DNA of 64,000 bases from Deferribacterales bacterium. GTDB lineage: Bacteria; Chrysiogenota; Deferribacteres; Deferribacterales; Geovibrionaceae. The notes beneath the pieces are model-generated. The model made no database searches. It worked only from the letters and a program-made list of their open reading frames with translations, and was not told the origin of the DNA. The position numbers were made by a program, and so were the translations under genes. Shown here piece after piece: positions 27,433 to 36,549 of this stretch. Location: the NCBI GenBank assembly GCA_050251945.1, contig JBFWLW010000001.1:96001-160000 (forward strand), written 5' to 3'. The stretch's first letter is position 1; the number at the start of each line of letters is the position of its first letter.

Positions 27433-28128
27433 ATGATAGAAAAAATAGCACCATCGAACGTAACATCAATATCGAGCGGAAAAAAGCAGAGCATACAGAA
27501 TACCACTGCGCCCGATCTGCATGCGGAAGAAACGGAAACGACCGCGTCCGATTCCGCGCAGCCTTCAGCACAGATCAGAAACAGAATGGATTCCGCATAT
27601 CTGCAGGCGCGTGACGTTCAGTCCAACATCAGTTTTCAGCAGTCCAGAAACTCCGCCCTTATGGATGTAAACAGCAAATTGCAGGATTTGCGCAATCTTG
27701 CTATGCAGTATAAGAACAATGACCTTTCCCTTCCTGAACAGGACTCCATAGTTGCGAAAGCGGAACAGACGCTTTATTCAATAGACCAGACAGCCTCATC
27801 TTCTCAGTTTCTCGGAACAAAGGTGATAAGCGATGCGGATTCAAGAGAGCTTGGGCTTGAGGTGATAAACCTTGAGGCGGGAGACCCTGTCGGTCAGATA
27901 AACAGCGCCATCAAAAAAGTGGCGGCAAAACTCGCCGCTAACAGCGCGCAGACGGACACGTCCGACGTGCGGCTCGACAATATAAAAAAATCGGCAGTTG
28001 ACGTAATCTCCGAGTTTCAGGCGGAACAGACTGCAAAAAGCATCATGAACGCCATTCAGGAAACGTCGCCTGACGTGATATACAAAAACATAGACCCTTC
28101 AAAGACAGCCGACCTGCTCGGTATCTGA
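27433..28128 (+). CDS. Divergent, truncated flagellin-like protein
   Basis: SAL..V...LQ.LR.LA.Q..N..LS..EQ..I...IDQ.A....F.G.K matches flagellin N-terminal D1 helices; IN.AI..V...A..A....RL matches the C-terminal helix. Confidence 0.65.
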   Translation: MIEKIAPSNVTSISSGKKQSIQNTTAPDLHAEETETTASDSAQPSAQIRNRMDSAYLQARDVQSNISFQQSRNSALMDVNSKLQDLRNLAMQYKNNDLSLPEQDSIVAKAEQTLYSIDQTASSSQFLGTKVISDADSRELGLEVINLEAGDPVGQINSAIKKVAAKLAANSAQTDTSDVRLDNIKKSAVDVISEFQAEQTAKSIMNAIQETSPDVIYKNIDPSKTADLLGI

Positions 28129-28229
28129 CAAACCTGAAATAATTCTAACATTTCTCCGCCGTTCTGTTGTTTCCGCGTATTCCCATGATATACTTATATA
28201 TTGCATCCTACACTTCAGGAGGGTGACCT

Positions 28230-30290
28230 ATGGACATTCAGAAAATACGGAACATCGCTTTTATTTCTCACGGAGGTGCGGGCAAGACTAGCTTGGTGGA
28301 AGCCATCCTTTTCAATGCCAAGGCAACGAACAGGATAGGAAGTGTTGAAAACGGCACCAGCGTTATGGACTTCGACCCCGTAGAGATAGAAAGACATCTT
28401 TCCCTTCATGCAAAGGTCTGCTCAATCGAGTGGCTTGAAACCCTTATCAACATCGTGGATACACCCGGATATGCAAACTTTCTGCACGAAACAAGAGCAG
28501 GTTTGTCCGCTGTGGGCGGCGCGGTTGTTATTGCATCCGCTATCACAGGTGTTAAGGCTGAAACAAAGAGAGTATGGAAATATTCGGAAGAATTTGACCT
28601 CGCAAAGCTCATTTTCGTCAATAAGATGGATAAAGAGCGGGCTGATTTTTTCCGTGCGCTCGGCGATATTGAAAAATCGTTTGAGATCGACCCTTTGCCT
28701 CTGTTTCTTCCGATAGGCAAAGAAGCTGATTTCAAAGGCATAATAGATCTTGTTAAGATGAAGGCTTACATCTATCCGGCAGAACCCACCGCTGCGTATC
28801 AGGTTGAGGATATTCCTGCCGACCTTTTGCCCGAAGCTGAAAAATACAGGATCAAGCTTCTGGAAGCGGTGAGTGAAACCGACGATGAACTGATTGAAAA
28901 ATATCTGGAAGAGGGCGACCTCTCGGAAGAGGAGATAACCGCGGGCTTGCGCGAAGGTACCATCGCTAAACGCTTTATCCCCGTTATCTGCGGTTCCGCA
29001 GTGAAAAACATCGGTAGCAAGCTTTTGCTTGAAGCTATAATCAAATACCTGCCGTCACCGGTTGAACGCGAACACAGAATCGCCACTCTGGAAGAGACAG
29101 GCGAAGAGATATTCGTCGATCCCATGAGCAAAGAATTCTCCGCATACGTCTTTAAGACTTTTATCGACCCGTTTGCGGGAAAACTCACCATCTTCCGTGT
29201 ATGCTCCGGTGAGATAGCGAACGACAGCGAGGTTTATAACACCAACAACGGCAAAAAAGAGAAGATAACTCAGCTCTATCTGCTTCAGGGCAAGAACCAT
29301 GTCAAGGTGGACAAACTCACAGCCGGGCAGATAGGCATGGTGAACAAGCTGAGATATACGGAAACGTTCGATACTCTTTGCGACCCGAAACGTAAGATAC
29401 TTTTTCCGAAATATCAGCTTGCGGAACCTGTTCTGGCATATTCCATCAAACCGAAATCAAAAGACGACGAGGATAAGGTGTCCACAGGCGTTCACAGGCT
29501 GATGGAAGAGGACGTGGGGCTTCGCGTTGACAGGGACGAGCGCACGGGCGACCTGTTGGTCAGAGGAATGGGGCAGATGCACATTGAGGTTGTGGTTGAA
29601 AAGCTTAAGAACAAGTTCGGCGTGAGCGTTGAGCTTAAAGCGCCGAAAGTGCCTTATATGGAGACCATACGCAAACCTGCCAAAGGGCAGGGCAAATATA
29701 AGAAACAATCCGGCGGACGCGGACAGTATGGCGATGTTTTCATCGAACTGCACCCCAACAGCGGAAATGGATTTGAATTTGTTAATAATATAGTGGGCGG
29801 TGCCATACCTAGACAATATATCCCAGCCGTTGAAAAAGGTATCATCGAGGCGTCGGAAGAGGGCGTTCTCGGCGGCTTTCCGATGATAGATTTTAAGGCG
29901 GTGCTTTACGACGGTTCCTACCACACGGTGGATTCTTCGGAGATGGCATTTGCAATAGCAGGCTCGCTGGCATTTAAAAAGGTTGCAATGGATGCCAAAC
30001 CTGTGTTACTTGAACCTATTATGAATCTGGACGTTTTCGTTCCGGACGACATGACCGGAGCTGTGATCGGCGATCTGAACTCGCGGCGCGGACGGATTGT
30101 CAACGTTGAGCCGGAAACGAACGGTCAGCATATACGATCTCAGGTTCCTATGTCTGAGGTATTGAAATATGCGCCGGATTTGCGTAGTATGACAGGCGGA
30201 CATGGTATGTTCACAATGGAGTTCTCTCATTATGAGGAACTGCCTTCGCATCTGGTGGACAAAGTTGTCGCAGAAAATAAAGGGGTTTGA
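28230..30290 (+). CDS. fusA: Elongation factor G paralogue (EF-G2-like)
   Basis: HGGAGKTS, DTPGY, NKMD, KKQSGGRGQYG, DGSYH.VDSSEMAF; not in an str operon. Confidence 0.9.
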   Translation: MDIQKIRNIAFISHGGAGKTSLVEAILFNAKATNRIGSVENGTSVMDFDPVEIERHLSLHAKVCSIEWLETLINIVDTPGYANFLHETRAGLSAVGGAVVIASAITGVKAETKRVWKYSEEFDLAKLIFVNKMDKERADFFRALGDIEKSFEIDPLPLFLPIGKEADFKGIIDLVKMKAYIYPAEPTAAYQVEDIPADLLPEAEKYRIKLLEAVSETDDELIEKYLEEGDLSEEEITAGLREGTIAKRFIPVICGSAVKNIGSKLLLEAIIKYLPSPVEREHRIATLEETGEEIFVDPMSKEFSAYVFKTFIDPFAGKLTIFRVCSGEIANDSEVYNTNNGKKEKITQLYLLQGKNHVKVDKLTAGQIGMVNKLRYTETFDTLCDPKRKILFPKYQLAEPVLAYSIKPKSKDDEDKVSTGVHRLMEEDVGLRVDRDERTGDLLVRGMGQMHIEVVVEKLKNKFGVSVELKAPKVPYMETIRKPAKGQGKYKKQSGGRGQYGDVFIELHPNSGNGFEFVNNIVGGAIPRQYIPAVEKGIIEASEEGVLGGFPMIDFKAVLYDGSYHTVDSSEMAFAIAGSLAFKKVAMDAKPVLLEPIMNLDVFVPDDMTGAVIGDLNSRRGRIVNVEPETNGQHIRSQVPMSEVLKYAPDLRSMTGGHGMFTMEFSHYEELPSHLVDKVVAENKGV

Positions 30291-30299
30291 TCCATTTAG

Positions 30300-31217
30300 A
30301 TGAATGAAATAAATCTGCTGAAATATCACAACAGGAGCGCCAGAGAGATTCATATGCTTCTGGCGGGAGAGCTGACTGACGCATTTTTCAGCCGTGTGGT
30401 ATTCAGCGGAAAGGTTAAGGCAGCGGACAGACGTCAGGGTCTGTCCCTGCCGTTTATAATTCTTGCCGCTTTCATCTGTTCCCTTTCACCATCATTCGTC
30501 ATTTATACCAAATACATAAAACAACAGGAAATAACCGTTCCCGCCATTGATAAAAGCCTGAAAAATATTATGCCGAAAGCGGAAGCTCCTAAAAAAACCG
30601 AAAAACCCGACCCTATGGTTCTTGAAGGCTACTCTAAGATAGGTGTTCTGGAAGAGGGTAAACAGGAAGGGCAGCAGGGCGTTCTCATAGTTTCCGATTA
30701 CGTTCCTCCAAAAGAAGAGGAAGAGGACAAACCGGAAGAGAAGATTTCACCCATAACAAGTATGGGCGAACCGCCTAAACGGATACCGACCAGAAAAGTT
30801 GATCTTCTGCCCATTTATTCAGGTAATTTTAAAATAGTTTTTACAGGTATTGACGGATCTGCCACAAGGGATGTCAAATTGCTCGCTGAAAATAATGACC
30901 TTAAAATGGCAAGGATAGGTTCCGAACGGCGAGAGAATAAAAAATGGCATGTTTACAAATTCGATAGCCGCTCATCTCTCGTTATTTCCGGAAGAAAAGT
31001 AAAATATTTAAAAAGCTATGACGACAGCGGTTCCGCTATGGTTTTTCTGCAGGCGAATAATATAAAAGGTTTAATAGTACCAGAAACTTCTAAGACCGAT
31101 CTATACGACATCGAACTCTGCTGCACTAGTCAGGAACTGGCTCTGAAACTGGCAAATGCAAGCGGTATCGGATCTACAAAATATAAAATCTTAAACGAAA
31201 ACGATAAAAACCGTTGA
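30300..31217 (+). CDS. Hypothetical membrane-anchored protein
   Basis: 305 aa; one TM segment (LPFIILAAFICSL), Pro/Glu/Lys-rich linker, C-terminal globular domain. Confidence 0.65.
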   Translation: MNEINLLKYHNRSAREIHMLLAGELTDAFFSRVVFSGKVKAADRRQGLSLPFIILAAFICSLSPSFVIYTKYIKQQEITVPAIDKSLKNIMPKAEAPKKTEKPDPMVLEGYSKIGVLEEGKQEGQQGVLIVSDYVPPKEEEEDKPEEKISPITSMGEPPKRIPTRKVDLLPIYSGNFKIVFTGIDGSATRDVKLLAENNDLKMARIGSERRENKKWHVYKFDSRSSLVISGRKVKYLKSYDDSGSAMVFLQANNIKGLIVPETSKTDLYDIELCCTSQELALKLANASGIGSTKYKILNENDKNR

Positions 31218-31242
31218 CGACAGGAATTTAAGCAGATAAACT
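31214..31242 (+). promoter_or_regulatory. Sigma70-type promoter for ihfA-merR
   Basis: TTGACG-N17-TAAACT. Confidence 0.55.
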
Positions 31243-31264
31243 CAATAGTAACGTGGAGGTTTAT

Positions 31265-31540
31265 ATGACTAAAGCTGATATTGTTGAGTTGATTCACGAA
31301 CGTCTCGGACTTACTAAGAAAGATATCGCAAAAGTTGTCGATGAACTTTTTACTGAAGTCCGCACAAAGATCCTTGAGAAAACAAATGTTAAGATCTCCG
31401 GTTTTGGCAATTTTGAAGTCAAAAAAAGAGGTCGCAGAATCGGTCGTAACCCCAAGACTGGAATCGAAACTGTTATCGAACCCAGAACTGTTGTTGTCTT
31501 TCGTCCCAGCCAGATATTTAAAGACGAGGTAAATGACTAA
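31265..31540 (+). CDS. ihfA: Integration host factor alpha / HU family
   Basis: MTKADIV, VKISGFGNF, GRNPKTG, VVFRPSQ; followed by a MerR-type gene as in conserved ihfA loci. Confidence 0.88.
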   Translation: MTKADIVELIHERLGLTKKDIAKVVDELFTEVRTKILEKTNVKISGFGNFEVKKRGRRIGRNPKTGIETVIEPRTVVVFRPSQIFKDEVND

Positions 31541-31847
31541 GCTCTATTACAAAATAGGCGAAGTCTGCGAAATTACCGGTCTCAGACCATCTGTTTTACG
31601 TTTTTGGGAAAAAGAGTTTAAACAGCTTCGACCTTCAAAATCAGGCGGCGGTCAGCGGTTTTACACCGAAAAGCACATTGAGCTTGTGCGCATGCTCATG
31701 AAGATGCTGTATGACGAAAAATACACCATCGAAGGCGCAAAGAATAAGCTCAAAAGCCTAAGCGGTGAAGGTGAACCTTGCGAAAAGACCGGGAATGAAG
31801 CTGTTAAAGCTGAACTCATTGATATACTTAAACTTTTAAACTCCTGA
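31533..31847 (+). CDS. MerR family transcriptional regulator
   Basis: KLYYKIGEV, VLRFWEKEF..L.P.K..GGQRFY, LYDEKYTIEGA. Confidence 0.92.
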   Translation: MTKLYYKIGEVCEITGLRPSVLRFWEKEFKQLRPSKSGGGQRFYTEKHIELVRMLMKMLYDEKYTIEGAKNKLKSLSGEGEPCEKTGNEAVKAELIDILKLLNS

Positions 31848-31865
31848 CAAGTTCAGGAGTTTTTT
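31838..31865 (+). terminator. Intrinsic terminator
   Basis: AAACTCCTGA-caagt-TCAGGAGTTTTTT. Confidence 0.8.
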
Positions 31866-31880
31866 GTTTCAGATTTACCA

Positions 31881-32049
31881 CGGGATTCCCCCATCCATGC
31901 GGGAAATCCCGCTAACGCTCAGTTCGTCAAGCCTCTCTTTGCTCACGCGAGCGGGTTTCATCCTGAAACCTCAGGCGGACAAGGTTGCGTTTTCGTTTTT
32001 ATAAACTTGTTTTTGCCTCCGCGAGGAGTGTCCGTAAGGACACGATCTC
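31881..32049. repeat. Repeat family B copy plus degenerate REP
   Basis: CGGGATT...AATCCCG hairpin; 21-nt core shared with 4066-4086; GCCTCCGCGAGGAG...GATCTC REP remnant at 32015-32049. Confidence 0.6.
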
Positions 32050-32127
32050 AATTTTTATAATCTGTTCGCGCTTCACTCCTTGCTTTTATCCAGTTTTTCT
32101 GTATAGTCCTATCTCCGGAGATTAAAG

Positions 32128-33312
32128 ATGAAATTTGATAAAAAAAGCGAAATACTTATTACCTGTCCTAAAGAGATACCTCAATATCTGGAAAAGGAAC
32201 TGAAAGAACTGGGTTTTCCCGTAATTTACACCAGAAAAGCAGCCGTTGCCACCGAAGGAACCCTTAACGACTGCATCTTTCTGAACATGCATATACGCAC
32301 AGGACACCGTGTGCTCTGGTGTCTTGATAAATACAGAATCCAAAACCCCGACGTGCTTTACAAGAACGGACGCAAACTGCCATGGGAAGAAATTATTCCC
32401 CAGAAAGGCTATTTCAGCGTTTCCGCTTCCGTTCTCAACGACACGATAAAGGATACGAGATTCGCTTCATACAAGCTTAAAGATGCAATTGTTGACCGTA
32501 TGCGCGAGAAAACCGGAAACAGACCGGATTCGGGACCGATGGAAGACAAGACAGTCATATTCCTTTACTGGAAAGAGAACGACTGTGCAGTTTATCTGGA
32601 CACGTCCGGCGAACCGCTTTCAAGGCGCGGATACAGAACCAACCCTAATAAGGCACCCATGCAGGAAACACTTGCTGCGGCAGTTCTTATGGCTGCGGGA
32701 TACGACGGCTCGACCCCGTTCGTTAACCCCATGTGCGGAAGCGGAACAATCAGTATAGAGGCCGCCATGATGGCTACCAATACGCCATCAGGAGCCTACA
32801 GAAAGAACTTCGGTTTCATGCACATTGTCGGATACGATCCTAAAGAATACGAAAAAATACGCACAAAGGCGATGGACGGCGTTCGTAAAAAACCTGATAT
32901 TAAGATTCAGGCTTCGGATATCAGCCGCGATGCTATCATTGCCGCGCAGACCAATATTAAGAACGCGGGTTTTGAAAACCAAATACACGTTCAGCGCTGT
33001 GATTTCAGAGAAAGCCACCTGCCGAAGAACGGTAACTTCATTCTTGTGGTGAACCCGGAGTACGGTATGCGTCTCGGCGACAAGCAGGCGCTTGAACCTA
33101 TATACGAAGCCCTCGGCGACTTCTTTAAGCAGAAGTGCAAGGGCAGCAGATGCTTTATATTCACCGGAAACCCCGACCTTGCCAAAAAGGTGGGACTGAA
33201 AGCATCCCGCAGACATGTTTTCCATAACTCAAACATCGAATGCCGCCTTCTGGAATACGAGATGTATGAGGGAACCAAAAGAATCAAGGAAGAAAATGAA
33301 GCATCAGGATAA
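32128..33312 (+). CDS. THUMP-domain class I SAM-dependent RNA methyltransferase (RlmL-like)
   Basis: LKDAIVD, LDTSGEPLSRRGYR, APMQETLAAA, PMCGSGT, NPEYG.RL. Confidence 0.92.
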   Translation: MKFDKKSEILITCPKEIPQYLEKELKELGFPVIYTRKAAVATEGTLNDCIFLNMHIRTGHRVLWCLDKYRIQNPDVLYKNGRKLPWEEIIPQKGYFSVSASVLNDTIKDTRFASYKLKDAIVDRMREKTGNRPDSGPMEDKTVIFLYWKENDCAVYLDTSGEPLSRRGYRTNPNKAPMQETLAAAVLMAAGYDGSTPFVNPMCGSGTISIEAAMMATNTPSGAYRKNFGFMHIVGYDPKEYEKIRTKAMDGVRKKPDIKIQASDISRDAIIAAQTNIKNAGFENQIHVQRCDFRESHLPKNGNFILVVNPEYGMRLGDKQALEPIYEALGDFFKQKCKGSRCFIFTGNPDLAKKVGLKASRRHVFHNSNIECRLLEYEMYEGTKRIKEENEASG

Positions 33313-33318
33313 AAACCA

Positions 33319-33385
33319 GTCTTTGCGAGGAGTCCTGACGACGAAGCAATCTCTCAGACTGCTTCACCTTTGGTTCGCAGAGACG
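33319..33385. repeat. CGTC-type REP palindrome pair
   Basis: GTCTTTGCGAGGAG...GAAGCAATCT ... AGACTGCTTC...TCGCAGAGACG. Confidence 0.85.
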
Positions 33386-33475
33386 GGTATATGCCTTCTC
33401 AAACATATGGCGGCAGGTCTGGCAATTCAGTTAAAAAACTGCTATAATATACAAAATATTATATAGGCGGTTGTT

Positions 33476-33694
33476 ATGCTCTGGACAGGTTCAATACTGT
33501 TTCTCATCTCTATTCTGCTCGGGTTTAAATTCAAATTCTTCCAGCTCGTGGCGCTTGTGATAGTGCTGATATATGTCATCCTTGTTCCCTATTATTTCCT
33601 TGTTATGAAGACATGCCGCAACTGCGGTCAGAAGAATCCTCCGCTTCGCAAGAAATGCTCGTGCTGCGGTGAGGAGAACTGGAAACAGCGCTGA
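33476..33694 (+). CDS. Small membrane protein with C-terminal zinc ribbon
   Basis: Two hydrophobic helices, then CRNC...CSCC. Confidence 0.7.
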   Translation: MLWTGSILFLISILLGFKFKFFQLVALVIVLIYVILVPYYFLVMKTCRNCGQKNPPLRKKCSCCGEENWKQR

Positions 33695-33735
33695 AAATCG
33701 GTTGACCTCTTATGTGCGCGGGACTACAATCCCGG

Positions 33736-36549
33736 ATGCATAATGTTGAGAATATCGTCAGCTATATCAAACAATCCCGTTTCGGCGAATATGTCTGTTT
33801 TAACAAGATTTTTGACGCGAAAGAGGCGGAAACGGTACCGCTTGGCATAATAAAATCGGGCATAATACGCGATGCACTTTCCGACACGGGCATTGGATCT
33901 TTATATACTCATCAGGCGGAGAGTTATGAAGCTGTGCGCCGTGGCGAGAACGTACTTATCACCACGCCGACGGCATCGGGCAAATCGCTGTGCTATAACC
34001 TTCCCGTAATAGAAGATATTTACCACAACAGAAACATTACCGCTCTTTATCTTTTTCCCCTTAAAGCGCTGGGCAGAGACCAGATGCGCAGTATGGACAA
34101 TTTTTTAAGCCATATCCCTTTGGGGGCGGGAATAAAAACTGCGGTGGTTGACGGCGATACCGACAAGAAACTGCGCCGCAAGATACAGAAGGACAGACCG
34201 AACATAATATTCAGCAACCCCGATATCATCCACTATTCGGTTCTGCCGAAAAGAGACGAGTGGAGCGATTTTCTTTCGGGTCTTAAATACATAATAGTGG
34301 ACGAACTGCACACCTACCGCGGCGTGTTCGGCAACCACGTCTATAATCTGTTTGCGCGGTTCATGCGCCTTTTCCCTGATGTACAGATAATTTCCTGTTC
34401 CGCCACAATCGGCAACCCGCTGGAACTTGCGGAAACGATGTTCGGGCGGAAATTCACACATATAGACAAGAACGGCGCACCACAGGGCAGGCGGCATTTC
34501 ATGATGATAAGCCCTGACATACCGCTTGTGACCATGAGCAGTTTTCTGCTGAAAACCAACATAGAATCAGGACTTAAGACCATCTGTTTCACCAAATCCA
34601 GAAAGCAGACCGAACGGATATTCGCGAATCTTCTGAACGCCGATGCAGGATATGCGAAGACAGTTTCATCTTACAGAGCCGGCTTCCTTCCGGAAGAGCG
34701 CAGGGAAATAGAGAAAGACCTCGCTGAGGGGCGGTTGAAGGCGGTTGTTTCGACGTCTGCGTTTGAATTGGGTATCGACATAGGCGGCGTGGACTGCACG
34801 CTTCTGGCGGGCTATCCGGGGTCTCTGATGAGTCTTTGGCAGAGAGCGGGCAGGAGCGGACGGCGCGGAACGGACAGCCTGATAATCATGATAGCGGGTA
34901 ACGACGCTCTTGATCAATATTATGTCAAGCATCCCGAAAAGCTCTATGAATCGGCTTTTGAGAATGTCGTGCTTGATACGGAGAACGAAAACGTGAACAA
35001 GGCGCACATCAAATGCGCTGCGTATGAAAAGCCGATATCCGTTCATGAGGGATATTACGCAAAGAACCGCATACAGATAGATAAAATGGCGCTTGAGAGC
35101 AGTCTGTTTGTCAACGGCGAAGGGACGGAGTTCTTTACGCTGGCGAAATACCCGTATATGGAGGTTGACCTCCGCATGTCCGGCGACAGCTATACCATCC
35201 ACTGCAACAACACACTGATAGCTACAGCATCTGGCAGGCGCGCCTATATGGAAAATTTTGAGGGCGCGATATACATGCACCGCGGCAACAACTTTATAAT
35301 CAAAACCGTGGATAAGGCAAAGCGTGAGATACACGCGGAGCCGTTCAGAGGAAACTATTACACCATGCCAAACAGCGTTAAGCAGACCATGGTGGAGAAG
35401 ACTATAAGAGAAACCGTGCGGAATGGGATCAGTGCCTGTTTCTGCGGACTTAAGGTAACGGAACAACTGGTGGGCTTTTCAAAGATATCCACCCGCACAG
35501 GTGAAAAGATAGCCGATACGGAGCTTGAAGAGGTTCCGATACAGTTTGCGACCAAAGGACTTTATGTTCTTGTTCCTGATGCGGTGAAGCGTTCCGTTGA
35601 GGATGCCGGATGTAATTTCATGGGCAGTATACATGCATTTGAACATGCTATGATATCCGTGATACCGACCTTTTGTCTGGCGGCGCGAGACGATGTCGGG
35701 GGGATTTCCTATCCGTTCCATCCGCAGCTGCAGAGTTCCGCAGTTTTCATGTATGACGGCTACCCGGGCGGTATAGGTATAAACGAGCGGGTTTTTTCAA
35801 TCATAGACAAACTGATTGAACGAACTGTTGAGCTGGTGCGTGGCTGCGACTGCGAAAGCGGATGTCCGGCGTGCATCTATTCACCGAAATGCGGCAGCGG
35901 GAACTATCCGCTGGATAAGCAGGGTGCGGTGCATATCATGGATATGCTTTTGAAAGGCGGATTTGAAACTAAAAATACGGAGATTGCCGAAATGCCGAGA
36001 ACTGACACACTTGTATACGATATAGAGACGCAACGTTCCGCAGAAGACGTAGGCGGGTGGAAGAATGCCGACAGAATGGGCATATCGGTTGCCGTTATCT
36101 ATTCGTTTGAAAAGGACGAATACGAAACATACACCGAAGGACAGGAAGAGGCGTTCATACAGCGGCTTGAGGGTGCTAAGATAATTATCGGTTTCAACAA
36201 TATAGGCTTCGACAACAAGGTCATAACCGGATACAGAAAGCCCGACTTCACCAAAACCATAGTATTCGATATGCTGGCTGACGTGCTGAACTCCACCGGA
36301 CGCAGGTTTTCTCTGGATAACCTTGCGGGTGCATCCATTGGTGCGCAGAAAAGCGCGGACGGGTTACAGGCTCTGGAATGGTACAAAGAGGGCAGGATAG
36401 ACCTGATAGCTGAATACTGCAAAAAGGACGTTGAGGTAACAAAAAACCTCCTGCTCCACGGAATGGAGGGAGGTTTTATTAACGCTGTTCTCAAAGAGGG
36501 TGCGGTTATCCGCATCCCCGTAAGCTGGGAGACGTTAAGACGTCTTTAA
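33736..36549 (+). CDS. DEAH-box helicase with DUF1998 (MrfA/YprA/SftH-like) fused to an RNase_H_2 (MrfB/YprB-like) exonuclease
   Basis: LYTHQ, TPTASGKS, DELH, SAT, QRAGRSGR, C-x-C-x3-C-x2-C (CDCESGCPAC); C-terminal DIET, GFN..GFD, YC..DV. Confidence 0.9.
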   Translation: MHNVENIVSYIKQSRFGEYVCFNKIFDAKEAETVPLGIIKSGIIRDALSDTGIGSLYTHQAESYEAVRRGENVLITTPTASGKSLCYNLPVIEDIYHNRNITALYLFPLKALGRDQMRSMDNFLSHIPLGAGIKTAVVDGDTDKKLRRKIQKDRPNIIFSNPDIIHYSVLPKRDEWSDFLSGLKYIIVDELHTYRGVFGNHVYNLFARFMRLFPDVQIISCSATIGNPLELAETMFGRKFTHIDKNGAPQGRRHFMMISPDIPLVTMSSFLLKTNIESGLKTICFTKSRKQTERIFANLLNADAGYAKTVSSYRAGFLPEERREIEKDLAEGRLKAVVSTSAFELGIDIGGVDCTLLAGYPGSLMSLWQRAGRSGRRGTDSLIIMIAGNDALDQYYVKHPEKLYESAFENVVLDTENENVNKAHIKCAAYEKPISVHEGYYAKNRIQIDKMALESSLFVNGEGTEFFTLAKYPYMEVDLRMSGDSYTIHCNNTLIATASGRRAYMENFEGAIYMHRGNNFIIKTVDKAKREIHAEPFRGNYYTMPNSVKQTMVEKTIRETVRNGISACFCGLKVTEQLVGFSKISTRTGEKIADTELEEVPIQFATKGLYVLVPDAVKRSVEDAGCNFMGSIHAFEHAMISVIPTFCLAARDDVGGISYPFHPQLQSSAVFMYDGYPGGIGINERVFSIIDKLIERTVELVRGCDCESGCPACIYSPKCGSGNYPLDKQGAVHIMDMLLKGGFETKNTEIAEMPRTDTLVYDIETQRSAEDVGGWKNADRMGISVAVIYSFEKDEYETYTEGQEEAFIQRLEGAKIIIGFNNIGFDNKVITGYRKPDFTKTIVFDMLADVLNSTGRRFSLDNLAGASIGAQKSADGLQALEWYKEGRIDLIAEYCKKDVEVTKNLLLHGMEGGFINAVLKEGAVIRIPVSWETLRRL

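Noticed and set aside
31860..32120. tRNA, tmRNA, 6S or riboswitch in the longer intergenic regions
   Set aside because: No T-loop/cloverleaf or recognisable aptamer consensus seen; the structure is accounted for by terminators and dispersed repeats. An Rfam scan was not possible.
33736..36549. DISARM/Druantia-type defence island
   Set aside because: No methylase, phospholipase D, SNF2 or other defence partners adjacent; the neighbours are housekeeping genes.
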